Of a stretch of DNA of 64,000 nucleotides, positions 9,117 through 19,644 are shown one piece after another. Below the pieces are notes generated by a model. It had not been told where the DNA came from and did no database searches. It saw only the letters and a list, made by a program, of their open reading frames with translations. The DNA comes from an uncultured Bacteroidota bacterium. GTDB lineage: Bacteria; Bacteroidota; Bacteroidia; Flavobacteriales_D; Sanyastnellaceae. The stretch is from NCBI GenBank assembly GCA_903932685.1, contig CAIZGX010000058.1, forward strand, positions 634 to 64,633, given 5' to 3'. Every line of letters starts with the position of its first letter. Position 1 is the stretch's first letter. The position numbers and the translations under genes are program-made.

Positions 9117-11030
9117 TTACTTTTTCAATTTCTTTTTGTTGGCATCCAACTTCGCTTGCTGCGCCTTTTGCATTTCTTCAATGCGTGAAGCAAATCCACC
9201 TTTTTTCTTCGGTTTCTTTTTGTTCGATTCAATTTTCTCACGAATAGAATCTTCATTCACGAAGTACTTCTTTATCGCCCACATTTGACCAATAGAAATA
9301 ACGTTCGCTGTGAAGTAGTACAAGCTTAATCCAGATGGCATGCTGTTGAAGAAGAAGATCATCATGAATGAGAAGATGTTCATCATCACTTTCATGTTAG
9401 GCATTCCCGGTTGAGTCATCGTTGGCTGAGAGCCCATGCTCATCTTCGAATAAACAAACGTAGATGCAGCCATTAACAAAGTGAATCCACTCACGTGCGC
9501 TCCGTAGAACGGTACGTTGAAAGGAAGATTTAAAATGCTGTCATACGCCGCCAAATCTTCTGCCCACAAGAAACTCTTTCCACGCAAAACAATCTCTGCT
9601 GGGAAGAAGCGGAACATCGCATAAAGAATAGGCATTTGAAGCAATACAGGAATACAACCCGCAAAAGGATTCACACCAGTCTGACGGTAAAGCGCCATCG
9701 TAGCTTGTTGCTTTTCCATCGGATCTTTTCCTTCGAACTTCTTGTTAATCTCATCGATCTCAGGCTTCAAAACGCGCATCTTCGCACCGCTTAAGAAGTT
9801 CTTCCAAGTGATAGGGAAGAGGACCATCTTAATTATAATGGTCACAATTAAAATAATTAATCCGAAGGATACAATGTAATCTGAAAGGAACCAAAACAAT
9901 GGGCGAACAGCATACTTGTTTACATAGCCAATGATCCACCATCCGTAGTCAATGATGTTGGTGAACTCGGCTGCGCCGCTGGCTTCAAGCGCTTTATACT
10001 CATTCGGACCTAGGTAAAATTGGAACTCAGCTTTTGAAATTGAAGATGATTGAACGCCTTCCATGCTCTTCATTTCGAAAGTCTTTATCTTCAAAGGCAA
10101 TTCAGCGTAATATGATTTGGTGTGCTGCGAATCTGCAGGAACCATAATGCTTAGGTCTGCGTTTTTATCGAAGCCTTCGGCGCTAATAATTGCAGCAGTG
10201 AAATAATCTTGCTTCATCGCAACCCAATTCAATTCCTTCTCTGGACGCTTCTGATCGCCCGCTCCTTCGCTCAGGTAGTTACGATCTTCTTCCACTTCAC
10301 GATAGAAAATAGAAGACTTGCTACGCTCTGCTTGAATTCCTTTTTCATTTGCCAATCCGTTCAGCAACCAACGGAAAACCAGCGGCGATCCGAACATTTC
10401 ATTCTCCATCCCCTTCGCCTCGAAATTACATTTTACATTGTAAGAGTTTGGCTCAATTGAATACGTCCACTGCAATTGCGCGTTGTTGCTTCCGGTTGCT
10501 GTTAAAACCACAGTAGCAGCTCCATCTGTTGCATTTGCGTTGGTCGTTGAAGCAGTGAAATTCAATTCACTCGACAGCAAAACAGCGCCGCTGCCATTCT
10601 TCCAAGCAATGTCCATCTTGCTTTGAGCGGTATCCCAAAGCTGAACTTGATTGTCTGAATTGAATTTCTTGTAATCAGCTTCAAGTAATTCTGCTGAATG
10701 TAACAATCCTCCTTTCGAAGAAATCTTAACTCTGATTTTATTGTTGGAAAGAACCGTGTACGTCTCTAGCGCTGGCATGGCAGCTGCATCCATTGAACCG
10801 TAACGAGCTGTATTCAAAACTGCAACTTCGGTAGGTATTGAAATACCGTTGGAGGTAACAGCATTAGAGCTTTCAGGGGCCGGAGTGCTTTCGGTTTGAG
10901 CCGTTTGTTCGGTTTGTTTAGGCGCATTTGCTGCCGCTTCAGCTTTGTTCTTTGCAGAATACCAACTAAAGCCAACGGCAATAAGAAGCATTAACGAAAG
11001 TCCAATGACGGTGTTTTTATCGAATTTCAT
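9117..11030 (-). CDS. yidC: membrane protein insertase YidC (long Bacteroidota form)
   Basis: 637 aa with an N-terminal TM helix, a large periplasmic domain and the C-terminal conserved YidC core (GCIPVLLQMPILYAMF...). Confidence 0.9.
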   Translation of the reverse strand: MKFDKNTVIGLSLMLLIAVGFSWYSAKNKAEAAANAPKQTEQTAQTESTPAPESSNAVTSNGISIPTEVAVLNTARYGSMDAAAMPALETYTVLSNNKIRVKISSKGGLLHSAELLEADYKKFNSDNQVQLWDTAQSKMDIAWKNGSGAVLLSSELNFTASTTNANATDGAATVVLTATGSNNAQLQWTYSIEPNSYNVKCNFEAKGMENEMFGSPLVFRWLLNGLANEKGIQAERSKSSIFYREVEEDRNYLSEGAGDQKRPEKELNWVAMKQDYFTAAIISAEGFDKNADLSIMVPADSQHTKSYYAELPLKIKTFEMKSMEGVQSSSISKAEFQFYLGPNEYKALEASGAAEFTNIIDYGWWIIGYVNKYAVRPLFWFLSDYIVSFGLIILIVTIIIKMVLFPITWKNFLSGAKMRVLKPEIDEINKKFEGKDPMEKQQATMALYRQTGVNPFAGCIPVLLQMPILYAMFRFFPAEIVLRGKSFLWAEDLAAYDSILNLPFNVPFYGAHVSGFTLLMAASTFVYSKMSMGSQPTMTQPGMPNMKVMMNIFSFMMIFFFNSMPSGLSLYYFTANVISIGQMWAIKKYFVNEDSIREKIESNKKKPKKKGGFASRIEEMQKAQQAKLDANKKKLKK

Positions 11031-11123
11031 GTTTAGTAAATGAGGTGCAAAAGTCGGAAGTATTCATAAAACTTCCACTTTTTTTTGTGTTCACTTCAAT
11101 TAATCGTGAATTTTGCCGAAATC

Positions 11124-12122
11124 ATGAAGCTAACCCATTCAACAATAAAGTTTTTCGTTTTGCTACTATTGCTGATTGTGGTATGCCTAATCGCCCTCAT
11201 GTTGGGTAGCCAATATCTAACCTTGAATTCGTTGTTTGAAGTAAGTGAATCTCCCGCTGGTCGTGTCCTCTGGCAACACCGTCTGCCCCATGTGCTGGGT
11301 GCTTTAATTGTTGGAAGCTCACTCGCATTGAGCGGGAATTACATGCAAGTAATTTTCCGAAATCCACTTGCCGGACCTTCTGTTCTTGGTATCACCGGTG
11401 GAGCCTCATTGGCAATGGCTGTTATATTTTTAACATCTTGGGGGTTAAATTGGTTCCTCAATGCAGGAACATGGGCTTTATTTATTCCGGCTTTTGCAGG
11501 GGCAATGTTGGTTCTCTCGTTGTTACTCGTTATTCAACGAAAACTTCCCATGGCTTCAACACTGCTTGTGGTGGGTTTGCTCTTTTCGCACTTCACCGGC
11601 GCCATTGAAAGCATTCTGCAAAAAATGGCTGGAGCTAACAACGTTGCGCAGTTTGTGGTTTGGGGAATGGGTTCTTTGGATAATCTTACGTTGGCGCAAT
11701 TGCCCTGGTTGTTATTAGGAGCTTTCGTTCCCTTCATTCCGACCTTTTATTTTTTAAGGAAGTTGAACGCTTTCGCCATGGGCGAGCAGATCGCAGCCAC
11801 TTCGGGAGTAGATGTTGTGAAACTGCGCTGGGTGTTTTTGATTTCAGTTGGAATTTCCACAGCAACAATAACTGCCTTCTGTGGACCCATTGCCTTCATT
11901 GGACTCATGGCGCCGCATGTTGCCCGAATGTTCATTCGAACCTTCAATCAACTTCAACTTGTACTTTTTATTCCATTCGTCGGAGCGCTGTTGTTGGTCA
12001 TTGCCGACGCCCTTTCGCGCTATTACGCATTGCCGCTCAACGCAGTGACCGCTGCAATAGGCATTCCGTGCGTGTTTTACATTGTGTTCAACCCTAAACG
12101 AAGCGGCGTATGGATCAGCTAG
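11124..12122 (+). CDS. ABC transporter permease, FecCD/BtuC family
   Basis: Polytopic membrane protein with the FecCD family pattern (GPIAFIGLMAPHVAR). Start taken at MKLTHST (11124). Confidence 0.8.
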   Translation: MKLTHSTIKFFVLLLLLIVVCLIALMLGSQYLTLNSLFEVSESPAGRVLWQHRLPHVLGALIVGSSLALSGNYMQVIFRNPLAGPSVLGITGGASLAMAVIFLTSWGLNWFLNAGTWALFIPAFAGAMLVLSLLLVIQRKLPMASTLLVVGLLFSHFTGAIESILQKMAGANNVAQFVVWGMGSLDNLTLAQLPWLLLGAFVPFIPTFYFLRKLNAFAMGEQIAATSGVDVVKLRWVFLISVGISTATITAFCGPIAFIGLMAPHVARMFIRTFNQLQLVLFIPFVGALLLVIADALSRYYALPLNAVTAAIGIPCVFYIVFNPKRSGVWIS

Positions 12123-12724
12123 TGGTGAATGAAGTTAGCGTTGTTCGTGGAAAGAAAACAGTTCTTTCCAACTTGAACATGTCATTCTCTTTCGGAGAGT
12201 TAGTGGCCATTGAAGGAAACAACGGTTCAGGGAAATCTACTTTTTTAGATGCGCTAGCAGGAATAATTTCCCTGTCTGAAGGTAAAATTTTTATGGAAGG
12301 AAAACCACTTAGTCAGATGACTTATTCTGATCGTGCATCCTTTATTTCTTACGTCCCTTCACGGAAAACAACCGCTGCAGCTTTGGAGGTTACAACAGCG
12401 ATTGCAGTGGGAGATGTATTTGGAAAGAAGATGAGTCGGGTGGAAGAGGCCATACAGAAATTCAACTTGAATGAACTTCAAAACAATCTGCTCACTGAGT
12501 TAAGCGACGGCGAATACCAGCGTGTTCAACTCGCGCGTGCGTGGGTTCAAGACACGCCTATTGTGCTGCTAGATGAGCCTGCTGCGCATCTAGACGCCAC
12601 GTCCCGCGAGAATTTATTTGCTGAATTGTTGAAGTGGGCCGAAGGCGATAATAAATTAGTTATCGTATGTTCCCACGAATTGCATTTGAACAAGCAGTTC
12701 GCTTCAAGAATTATTCAATTCTAA
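12110..12724 (+). CDS. ABC transporter ATP-binding protein
   Basis: Walker A (GNNGSGKST), signature (LSDGEYQR) and Walker B (VLLDEP). It overlaps the permease gene by 13 nt. Confidence 0.8.
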   Translation: MDQLVVNEVSVVRGKKTVLSNLNMSFSFGELVAIEGNNGSGKSTFLDALAGIISLSEGKIFMEGKPLSQMTYSDRASFISYVPSRKTTAAALEVTTAIAVGDVFGKKMSRVEEAIQKFNLNELQNNLLTELSDGEYQRVQLARAWVQDTPIVLLDEPAAHLDATSRENLFAELLKWAEGDNKLVIVCSHELHLNKQFASRIIQF

Positions 12725-12791
12725 TATTGAGCAATATTTGAGGCTTGAATCTGTTTCACAAAGACTTATTTTTACAAAAAATTATTAGACC

Positions 12792-14414
12792 ATGAAAAGA
12801 AGGCTAACCCTTTTCTTCGCGCTTTGTGCGTTTGTTTCTTTCTCTCAATCGAAGAGCGTTACTGCTCCAATTACTGATGTAACATTATTCTTGAGCGGTG
12901 CGCAAGTGACGCACAGGGGTGATGTAAACCTGAGGAAGGGGGAGAATACCCTTGTTCTATCTGGACTTACAGCCGGCATGGATGTTAACTCTATTCAGAT
13001 TTTAGGAAATAAGGATTACACAATCCTAAGTGTGAAGCATCAGATGAATTACACCTCGAAGGTTTCAAATACCCGCGTGCGTGCCATTCAGGACAGCATT
13101 AAACTTTTGGGTTTCCAAACTTCTGAACGCGCAAGTTTACGCGCTGTGTATCAGGAAGAAAAAGCGTTCTTGCAAGCGAATCGCTCAATTAAAGGAGACA
13201 ATGCGTTGCTTATTCGCGAGGACCTTTCCGAAATGGCAGACTTCTACAGAAGCCGCATGAAGGAAATTGAATACAAGATTTTAGACTTGAATCAGACCGA
13301 TCGTGAGAACAACGAAAAGCTTCAGCATTTACAAACACAGCTTTCGCAACTGCAATCACAAAACGTAACCAATCCGGGTGAAATTGAATTTGTCGTAACC
13401 ACCGATGAAGACAAGAGAGCAGATGTGGTGATTATCTATTTGGCAACCAATGCGGGCTGGACGCCCTACTACGACTTGCGTGCTGAAGACATTGAGTCTG
13501 ATATCGAATTCACCTATCGCGCGAAAGTGTGGCAAGGCACAGGCGCAGATTGGAAGCGTGTGAACTTGACCATTTCAACGGGTAATCCGAATGTGGGTGC
13601 GCAAGTTCCAGCATTGAATCCGTGGTACTTGAACATTTACGCTCCTCAAGCCTACCGCGGTAGAGCGAAGGCCGATGCGTATGGGTATGACGATCTTCAA
13701 AAACCTGCGGCCATGGCATCCGGGTATTTTGCTGAAATGGACAAATCATCTCGGGCAATGAATAGCATGCAAACGTCTGCTTCTTTCACAACAATTACAT
13801 CTAATTCAGTGAGCACTGAATTTAAAATTTCCATTAAATACGACATCGCTAGTGACAACCAGCCGGTTGAAGTGGTGATGCAAAAGCAACGCTTGAAAGC
13901 CTCTTATAAATACGTCGCAATTCCTAAATTGGAAGCAGCTGCATACTTACAAGCTGACATTATCGATTGGATGCAGTACAGCTTATTAAGCGGTGAAAGT
14001 AACATTTACTTCAAAGGAACATTTGTTGGAAACGGATACATAGACCCAGCTTTGGCGAACGATACGCTTCAATTGTCATTGGGACGCGACAACGCCATTA
14101 CCGTGAAACGCGATCAAGTGAAAGACTTCTGCAAGACCAGTGTTTTCGGCGTGAAGAAATCTACCTCTAAGGCCTATGAAATTACCATCGTGAACACGAA
14201 GAAGAAAGCAATCAATATTGAAGTCTACGACCAAGTTCCACTTACACAGAATGCAGATTTGGAAGTGGCAGTGGAAGAGCTTTCAGGAGCTACGCAAGAC
14301 ATTGCCACTGGTAAAGTAACGTGGAAGATGACCGTTGAACCCGAGAAGACAGAGAAGCGTCAATTACGATTCACGGTGAAATATCCGAAGAAGAATCTGA
14401 TTCAGAACTTGTAA
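12792..14414 (+). CDS. secreted DUF4139-like protein (mucoidy-inhibitor MuiA-like family)
   Basis: 540 aa with a signal peptide. The N-terminal ITDVTLFLSGAQV and a central coiled coil resemble the DUF4140/DUF4139 architecture. Family assignment is from memory only. Confidence 0.5.
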   Translation: MKRRLTLFFALCAFVSFSQSKSVTAPITDVTLFLSGAQVTHRGDVNLRKGENTLVLSGLTAGMDVNSIQILGNKDYTILSVKHQMNYTSKVSNTRVRAIQDSIKLLGFQTSERASLRAVYQEEKAFLQANRSIKGDNALLIREDLSEMADFYRSRMKEIEYKILDLNQTDRENNEKLQHLQTQLSQLQSQNVTNPGEIEFVVTTDEDKRADVVIIYLATNAGWTPYYDLRAEDIESDIEFTYRAKVWQGTGADWKRVNLTISTGNPNVGAQVPALNPWYLNIYAPQAYRGRAKADAYGYDDLQKPAAMASGYFAEMDKSSRAMNSMQTSASFTTITSNSVSTEFKISIKYDIASDNQPVEVVMQKQRLKASYKYVAIPKLEAAAYLQADIIDWMQYSLLSGESNIYFKGTFVGNGYIDPALANDTLQLSLGRDNAITVKRDQVKDFCKTSVFGVKKSTSKAYEITIVNTKKKAINIEVYDQVPLTQNADLEVAVEELSGATQDIATGKVTWKMTVEPEKTEKRQLRFTVKYPKKNLIQNL

Positions 14415-14419
14415 AAGAA

Positions 14420-15298
14420 ATGAGTCGATTGTTGTTTTGGCTTTTCCTGAAGCCCTTGAGTTTGCTGCCTTATTTTATTCTTTATCGAATATCTGATTTG
14501 GCGTTCTTCATCTTGTGCGTGTGCATGGGCTATCGCAAGAAGGTGGTCATGTACAATCTGGAATTGGTTTTTCCAACCAAAACAAAAAAAGAACGTGAGC
14601 AAATTGCTTGGGATTTTTACCGCCATTTCTGCGATCTGATATTGGAGGTCATTAAGAATTTTTCGGTATCCGAAAAGCAATTGCGTAAACGCTTCGTGGT
14701 GCACAATTCAGATGTGCTGAAGGCCTATTCAGAAAAGGGACAGAGCGTAATTGTTTGTGGAGGTCACTACGCGAATTGGGAGATGTGGGCACTAGCAGCA
14801 CCAATTCAATGCAGCATGCCACTCGTGGCTATTTACAAGCGATTGAGCAATCCTTATTTCGATCGTAAGATGCGCGAATCGCGCAAGAAGTATGGAATGC
14901 AACTGGTTTCAACACGCGCAACAAAAGAGTACTTGGAAGAGCACCAGGGCGAGCTTATGGGAATGGTCTTCGCTGTTGATCAATCGCCTGCCGATCCGAA
15001 GAAATGTGTTTGGATTAACTTCTTGGGCATTGAGACACCGGCGTATTATGGCGCAGAGAAGTATGCGAAAGAATTGAACCTTCCCGTTGTGTTTGGGCAT
15101 CTGAATAAAATTCGAAGAGGATATTACGAATCGCACTTTGAAGTGCTGACAGAAAATCCACGCGAATTCGAGACAGGAGGACTTATTCAATTGGCGAACG
15201 ACCGTGTGGCCGAGGATATTTATAAGAAACCCTATTTGTGGTTATGGACCCACAAGCGTTGGAAACACAAGGACAAGAAGCCGAAAGAACAGCAGTAA
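14420..15298 (+). CDS. lysophospholipid/lipid A acyltransferase (LpxL/HtrB-like LPLAT)
   Basis: 292 aa with an N-terminal TM helix and the HX4E acyltransferase motif (GGHYANWE). Confidence 0.7.
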   Translation: MSRLLFWLFLKPLSLLPYFILYRISDLAFFILCVCMGYRKKVVMYNLELVFPTKTKKEREQIAWDFYRHFCDLILEVIKNFSVSEKQLRKRFVVHNSDVLKAYSEKGQSVIVCGGHYANWEMWALAAPIQCSMPLVAIYKRLSNPYFDRKMRESRKKYGMQLVSTRATKEYLEEHQGELMGMVFAVDQSPADPKKCVWINFLGIETPAYYGAEKYAKELNLPVVFGHLNKIRRGYYESHFEVLTENPREFETGGLIQLANDRVAEDIYKKPYLWLWTHKRWKHKDKKPKEQQ

Positions 15299-15342
15299 AA
15301 ATGGGACGTTCGAAGGGAAATCAAAAAAAAATCAACTCTCTC

Positions 15343-15372
15343 TTGTTCCTTTCAGAATAATGCATATATTTG
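15343..15372 (+). promoter_or_regulatory. putative Bacteroidota-type promoter of rplS
   Basis: TTG at 15343-15345, a 19-nt spacer, and TATATTTG (TAnnTTTG -7 box) at 15365-15372. It lies 35 nt upstream of the ATG. Confidence 0.35.
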
Positions 15373-15406
15373 CAGCCCTATTTTTAGGGACGAAAATCAG
15401 ACGACT

Positions 15407-15772
15407 ATGAACCGCATAAAGGAACTTGAAAGCAGAATTAACCCAATCGCAGAATACCCAAAATTCTCTGCAGGTGACACCATTTCTGTAACGTATAAAA
15501 TTATTGAAGGAGCGAAAGAGCGTCTTCAAACATTCTCTGGAGTAGTAATCCAAAGAAGAGGAACAGGTTCAACAGAAACCTTTACCGTTCGCAAAATGTC
15601 GAACAGTGTGGGTGTTGAGCGTATCTTCCCAATTGCTTCACCTTTTATTGATAAAATTGAAGTGAACAAACGCGGAAAGGTGCGTCGTGCACGTATCTTC
15701 TACTTGCGCAGCCTTACTGGTAAAGCAAGTCGTATCCAAGAAAGAAAGTACTTCGGCCCAGTGTCGAAATAA
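15407..15772 (+). CDS. rplS: 50S ribosomal protein L19
   Basis: 121 aa with the strong bL19 pattern (FSAGDTISV...[15 protein letters not shown]...TFTVRK). Confidence 0.95.
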   Translation: MNRIKELESRINPIAEYPKFSAGDTISVTYKIIEGAKERLQTFSGVVIQRRGTGSTETFTVRKMSNSVGVERIFPIASPFIDKIEVNKRGKVRRARIFYLRSLTGKASRIQERKYFGPVSK

Positions 15773-15797
15773 AAACACTTTGATAGAGTATAGATTA

Positions 15798-15819
15798 GGG
15801 TTCTTCGGAACCCTTTTTT
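15798..15819 (+). terminator. rho-independent terminator after rplS
   Basis: GGGTTC-TTCG-GAACCC hairpin (15798-15813) followed by TTTTTT. Confidence 0.65.
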
Positions 15820-15986
15820 ATTTACTAGAAATCAAAAACGCCCTTCCGTTGAAGAGCGTTTTCGATTCCTTAACCAAAACCTACACCCGATTGGGTGAAC
15901 CTTACTGCGCTAACGAATTCCTACTTTGTTAAATTGTGTGAATAAGAAAAAATAATCTTTCGAGTGCATTGAATTATTTTCGAAGC

Positions 15987-16394
15987 ATGAATAATGAAAA
16001 AAATCCATCGCTTTCGCACCTTATTGGATGTGTGGAAGAATTTCACAATGCATTCCGAATTCCCGTACGTAAAACACCAACAGGTGAATTGGAAGAACGT
16101 GAATACACCCTGCGTTTCAATTTAATGAAGGAAGAGAACGAAGAGTATTTGGAAGCTGCTCAGAATGGCGATATCGTTGAAATAGCCGATGCTTTAGGCG
16201 ACATGCTTTATATCCTATGCGGTACCATGAACGCGCACGGTCTGCACCAGCAAATGGGAGAGATCTTCGCAGAGATTCAGCGAAGCAACATGAGTAAGCT
16301 CGACGATAATGGCGAGCCTATCTATCGCGAAGACGGAAAGGTGATGAAGAGCAGTAATTATTTCAAACCGAATATTGCAAAGTTCTTAAAATAG
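15987..16394 (+). CDS. MazG-like nucleotide pyrophosphohydrolase family protein
   Basis: All-helical small protein with EEnEEYLEA and EIADALGDMLYI motifs, typical of MazG/HisE-like NTP pyrophosphohydrolases. Start taken at the ATG at 15987. Confidence 0.6.
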   Translation: MNNEKNPSLSHLIGCVEEFHNAFRIPVRKTPTGELEEREYTLRFNLMKEENEEYLEAAQNGDIVEIADALGDMLYILCGTMNAHGLHQQMGEIFAEIQRSNMSKLDDNGEPIYREDGKVMKSSNYFKPNIAKFLK

Positions 16395-16411
16395 AATAGC
16401 CCCGTTGTTGC

Positions 16412-16419
16412 TATCTTTG
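16412..16419 (+). promoter_or_regulatory. putative -7 box upstream of thrS
   Basis: TATCTTTG matches TAnnTTTG and lies 17 nt upstream of the thrS ATG. No clear -33 element. Confidence 0.3.
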
Positions 16420-16435
16420 CACCTCATTTTTCACT

Positions 16436-18376
16436 ATGTTAAACATCTCTTTACCCGATGGTAGCGTTCGCTCTGTAGAAGAAGGTACTTCTGCAATGCA
16501 ATTGGCTGCTCAAATTAGCGAAGGTCTTGCACGTAATGTGCTTGCTGCAGAAGTCAACGGAGTAGTTGTAGACGCTTCGCGTCCGCTTCCCGATAATGCT
16601 GCGGTAAAGTTGCTCACGTGGAATGACGAAAACGGAAAGTCCACCATGTGGCACAGCTCTGCTCACCTGATGGCTGAAGCGCTGGAAGTGCTTTATCCCG
16701 GTGTGAAATTGGCCATTGGTCCTCCGATTGAAAACGGATTTTACTACGATGTAGATTTCGAAGGAAAGCCGTTCACGCAAGAAGATTTTTCGAAGGTGGA
16801 AAAATTAATGTTGGAATTGGCGCGTCAGAAGAACGAATTCGTTCGCAAGGAAGTGTCTAAGGCCGATGCAATTTCTTACTTCACAGCGAAGGGAGATCAG
16901 TATAAATTAGAATTGATAGAAGGTCTTCAAGACGGAGAAATCACGTTCTACACCCAAGGTAATTTCACAGACTTATGTCGCGGTCCTCATATTCCAAACA
17001 CGGGATTCATTAAAGCCGCGAAGCTTATGAATGTTGCCGGTGCCTATTGGAGAGGCGACGAAAAAAATAAAATGTTAACGCGTGTTTACGCAATCACTTT
17101 TCCAAAAGCAGCTGAACTTGAAGAATATTTGGTTCAGGTGGAAGAAGCGAAGAAACGCGACCACAGAAAGCTTGGAAAGGAAATGGGCTTGTTCCATTTT
17201 TCTCAACGAGTAGGAAGCGGTTTGCCACTTTGGTTGCCGAAGGGAACCGACTTGCGCACACGTCTGCAGAACTTCTTGACTGTTGCGCAAAAGAAGGCCG
17301 GGTATCAACCGGTCATTACTCCGCACATAGGTTCGAAAGAATTGTATGAAACCAGCGGTCACTGGGCGAAATACGGTGCAGATAGTTTTCAACCCATACA
17401 CACTCCGCAAGAGGGAGAGATGTATATGTTGAAACCGATGAACTGTCCGCATCACTGCGAAATATACAATGCAGAACCACGCAGTTACAAAGATTTGCCA
17501 CTTCGCTTTTCTGAATTCGGAACGGTTTATCGTTACGAGCAAACAGGAGAGTTACACGGATTGACTCGTGTTCGTGGATTTACCCAAGACGATGCGCACA
17601 TCTTCTGCACGCCCGACCAGGTGAAGGAAGAAATTGGAAAAGTGATTGACTTGGTTCTTTACATTTTCAAGACCTTGAATTTCCATGATTTCTTGGCTCA
17701 AGTTTCGCTTCGCGATCCGATTAACCGTGAGAAATACATTGGTACGGATGAGAATTGGGAGAAAGCTGAATTGGCTATTCAGGAAGTAGCGAATGAGAAA
17801 GGACTTCGTACGGTGGTTGAATACGGTGAAGCTGCATTCTACGGGCCGAAGCTTGACTTCATGGTTCGCGATGCCATTGGAAGAAAATGGCAATTGGGTA
17901 CTGTTCAGTTGGATTACAATCTTCCGGAACGTTTCCAATTGGAATATACCGGATCGGACAATCAGAAGCACAGACCTGTCATGATCCATCGCGCACCTTT
18001 CGGAAGTATGGAGCGTTTTGTAGCAATTTTAATTGAGCACTGTGCTGGACAGTTTCCGTTGTGGTTATCGCCAGAGCAAGTGAGAATTTTGCCCGTTAGC
18101 GAGAAATACAACGATTACGCAAAAAAAGTAGCAAATACGCTAGAAATTTCCGATATTCGCGCCCTCGTTGACGATACTAACGAGAAAGTGGGAAAGAAAA
18201 TACGTGAAGCGGAGCTTGCAAAAGTGACCTACATGTTGGTGGTTGGTGAGACGGAAATGCTAGCAAACTCAGTGTCTGCACGTAAAAAAGGCGATGGAGA
18301 TTTGGGTGTGTTTAGTGTTGAAGACTTTGCCAATATGGTGAATGATGAAGTGGCTAACATGTTGAAAGAAATTTAA
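16436..18376 (+). CDS. thrS: threonine--tRNA ligase
   Basis: 646 aa with an N-terminal TGS domain, an editing domain, class II motifs ([11 protein letters not shown]) and an anticodon-binding C-terminus. Confidence 0.97.
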   Translation: MLNISLPDGSVRSVEEGTSAMQLAAQISEGLARNVLAAEVNGVVVDASRPLPDNAAVKLLTWNDENGKSTMWHSSAHLMAEALEVLYPGVKLAIGPPIENGFYYDVDFEGKPFTQEDFSKVEKLMLELARQKNEFVRKEVSKADAISYFTAKGDQYKLELIEGLQDGEITFYTQGNFTDLCRGPHIPNTGFIKAAKLMNVAGAYWRGDEKNKMLTRVYAITFPKAAELEEYLVQVEEAKKRDHRKLGKEMGLFHFSQRVGSGLPLWLPKGTDLRTRLQNFLTVAQKKAGYQPVITPHIGSKELYETSGHWAKYGADSFQPIHTPQEGEMYMLKPMNCPHHCEIYNAEPRSYKDLPLRFSEFGTVYRYEQTGELHGLTRVRGFTQDDAHIFCTPDQVKEEIGKVIDLVLYIFKTLNFHDFLAQVSLRDPINREKYIGTDENWEKAELAIQEVANEKGLRTVVEYGEAAFYGPKLDFMVRDAIGRKWQLGTVQLDYNLPERFQLEYTGSDNQKHRPVMIHRAPFGSMERFVAILIEHCAGQFPLWLSPEQVRILPVSEKYNDYAKKVANTLEISDIRALVDDTNEKVGKKIREAELAKVTYMLVVGETEMLANSVSARKKGDGDLGVFSVEDFANMVNDEVANMLKEI

Positions 18377-18407
18377 TAAACAAGGAGGAAATATCATAAA
18401 GCGCGAG

Positions 18408-18935
18408 ATGAGAGGCAGACGCATCTTTGAACCAGAACACAAAATTAACGATCGCATTAGCGCAGCCGAGGTACGCTTGGTAGGTGAGAATGTAGAAGTT
18501 GGAGTGTATTCTAGAGAAAAAGCATTAAAACTGGCTCAAGATTTAGAGGCAGATCTCGTAGAGATTTCCCCAAATGCCGTTCCACCGGTTTGTAGAATCA
18601 TTGACTACCGCAAGTTTCTTTACGATCAAAAGAAGAAGCAGAAGGAAATGAAGGCGAAGCAGGTGAACGTAACTGTAAAAGAAATTCGTTTCGGTCCTAA
18701 CACGGATGATCATGATTTTCAATTTAAGTTGAAGCACGCGCAAGAGTTCTTGAAAGAGGGAAGTAAGGTAAGAGCTTACGTTTTCTTTAAAGGTCGCTCT
18801 ATTGTTTTTAAAGAGAGAGGAGAAATATTGTTGTTGAAATTCGTTCAAGAACTTGCAGAGTTAGGAACTCCAGAGTTGTTGCCGAAATTGGAAGGGAAGA
18901 AAATGTTTGTTGTGATTAACCCAAAAAAGAAATAA
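18408..18935 (+). CDS. infC: translation initiation factor IF-3
   Basis: [14 protein letters not shown]...[17 protein letters not shown]...[14 protein letters not shown]. Coordinates use the ATG at 18408. The true start may be ATA at 18396 (see findings). Confidence 0.95.
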   Translation: MRGRRIFEPEHKINDRISAAEVRLVGENVEVGVYSREKALKLAQDLEADLVEISPNAVPPVCRIIDYRKFLYDQKKKQKEMKAKQVNVTVKEIRFGPNTDDHDFQFKLKHAQEFLKEGSKVRAYVFFKGRSIVFKERGEILLLKFVQELAELGTPELLPKLEGKKMFVVINPKKK

Positions 18936-18953
18936 TTCTAACACCTAAATAAA

Positions 18954-19151
18954 ATGCCAAAAGCGAAAACAAAATCCGGCGCTAAGAAGCGTTTCCAGGT
19001 AACTGGATCCGGTAAGATTAAGCGTAAGAAGGCGTTCAAGAGACACATCTTAACCAAGAAGGGCACTAAGCAAAAGCGCAACTTGACAAAGACTGGTCTT
19101 GTACACCCATCTGACGAGAAATCGATCAAGGCGCAGTTGCTTGTAGCCTAA
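18954..19151 (+). CDS. rpmI: 50S ribosomal protein L35
   Basis: 65 aa, [14 protein letters not shown]..., in the conserved infC-rpmI-rplT order. Confidence 0.95.
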   Translation: MPKAKTKSGAKKRFQVTGSGKIKRKKAFKRHILTKKGTKQKRNLTKTGLVHPSDEKSIKAQLLVA

Positions 19152-19239
19152 TGTTCACTCATTAAAGAAGCAAGGTAAAGTTTAACCCGGTAAAAGGTCT
19201 TAAGTTCGAAAGAACACCTTAGCCTAAAAACAAAAAGTT

Positions 19240-19587
19240 ATGCCACGCAGTAAAAACGCAGTCGCCAGTAGAGCCAGAAGAAGAAAAGTTCTTAAAATGG
19301 CAAAAGGTTATTTCGGTTCACGTAAAAACGTTTGGACAGTAGCCAAAAACTCAGTAGAAAAAGCATTATGCTATGCTTACATCGGACGTAAACTTCGCAA
19401 GCGCGATTTCCGTTCTTTGTGGATTGCTCGTATCAACGCCGGTGCTCGTCAGCACGGAATGTCATACAGCGCATTCATGGGTCAAATTCACGCACATGGA
19501 GTTGAATTGAATCGTAAGGTTCTTGCAGACTTAGCAATGAATCACCCAGAAGCGTTCAAAGCAGTAGCAGAGCGTGTAAAAAAATAA
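19240..19587 (+). CDS. rplT: 50S ribosomal protein L20
   Basis: 115 aa, [26 protein letters not shown].... Confidence 0.95.
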   Translation: MPRSKNAVASRARRRKVLKMAKGYFGSRKNVWTVAKNSVEKALCYAYIGRKLRKRDFRSLWIARINAGARQHGMSYSAFMGQIHAHGVELNRKVLADLAMNHPEAFKAVAERVKK

Positions 19588-19610
19588 TTTCTAGCAATAG
19601 AAATAAGAAA

Positions 19611-19636
19611 AGCCCTCTTCGGAGGGCTTTTTTTTG
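19611..19636 (+). terminator. rho-independent terminator after rplT
   Basis: AGCCCTC-TTCG-GAGGGCT hairpin (19611-19628) followed by a T-run. Confidence 0.7.
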
Positions 19637-19644
19637 CTTCGCAA

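Noticed and set aside
11056-11086. A hairpin (GGAAGT-N9-ACTTCC) plus T-run on the + strand, just upstream of the yidC start and of the ABC permease gene.
   Set aside because: No + strand gene lies upstream that it could terminate, and on the yidC strand it has no T-run. It may be incidental or a promoter-region structure. The evidence is too weak to annotate.
11031-11123. A possible cobalamin riboswitch upstream of the BtuC/FecCD-type ABC transporter, and likewise upstream of eutBC.
   Set aside because: The intergenic region is only ~90 nt, and I cannot find a B12-box-like conserved core in either leader. A covariance-model scan would be needed to decide.
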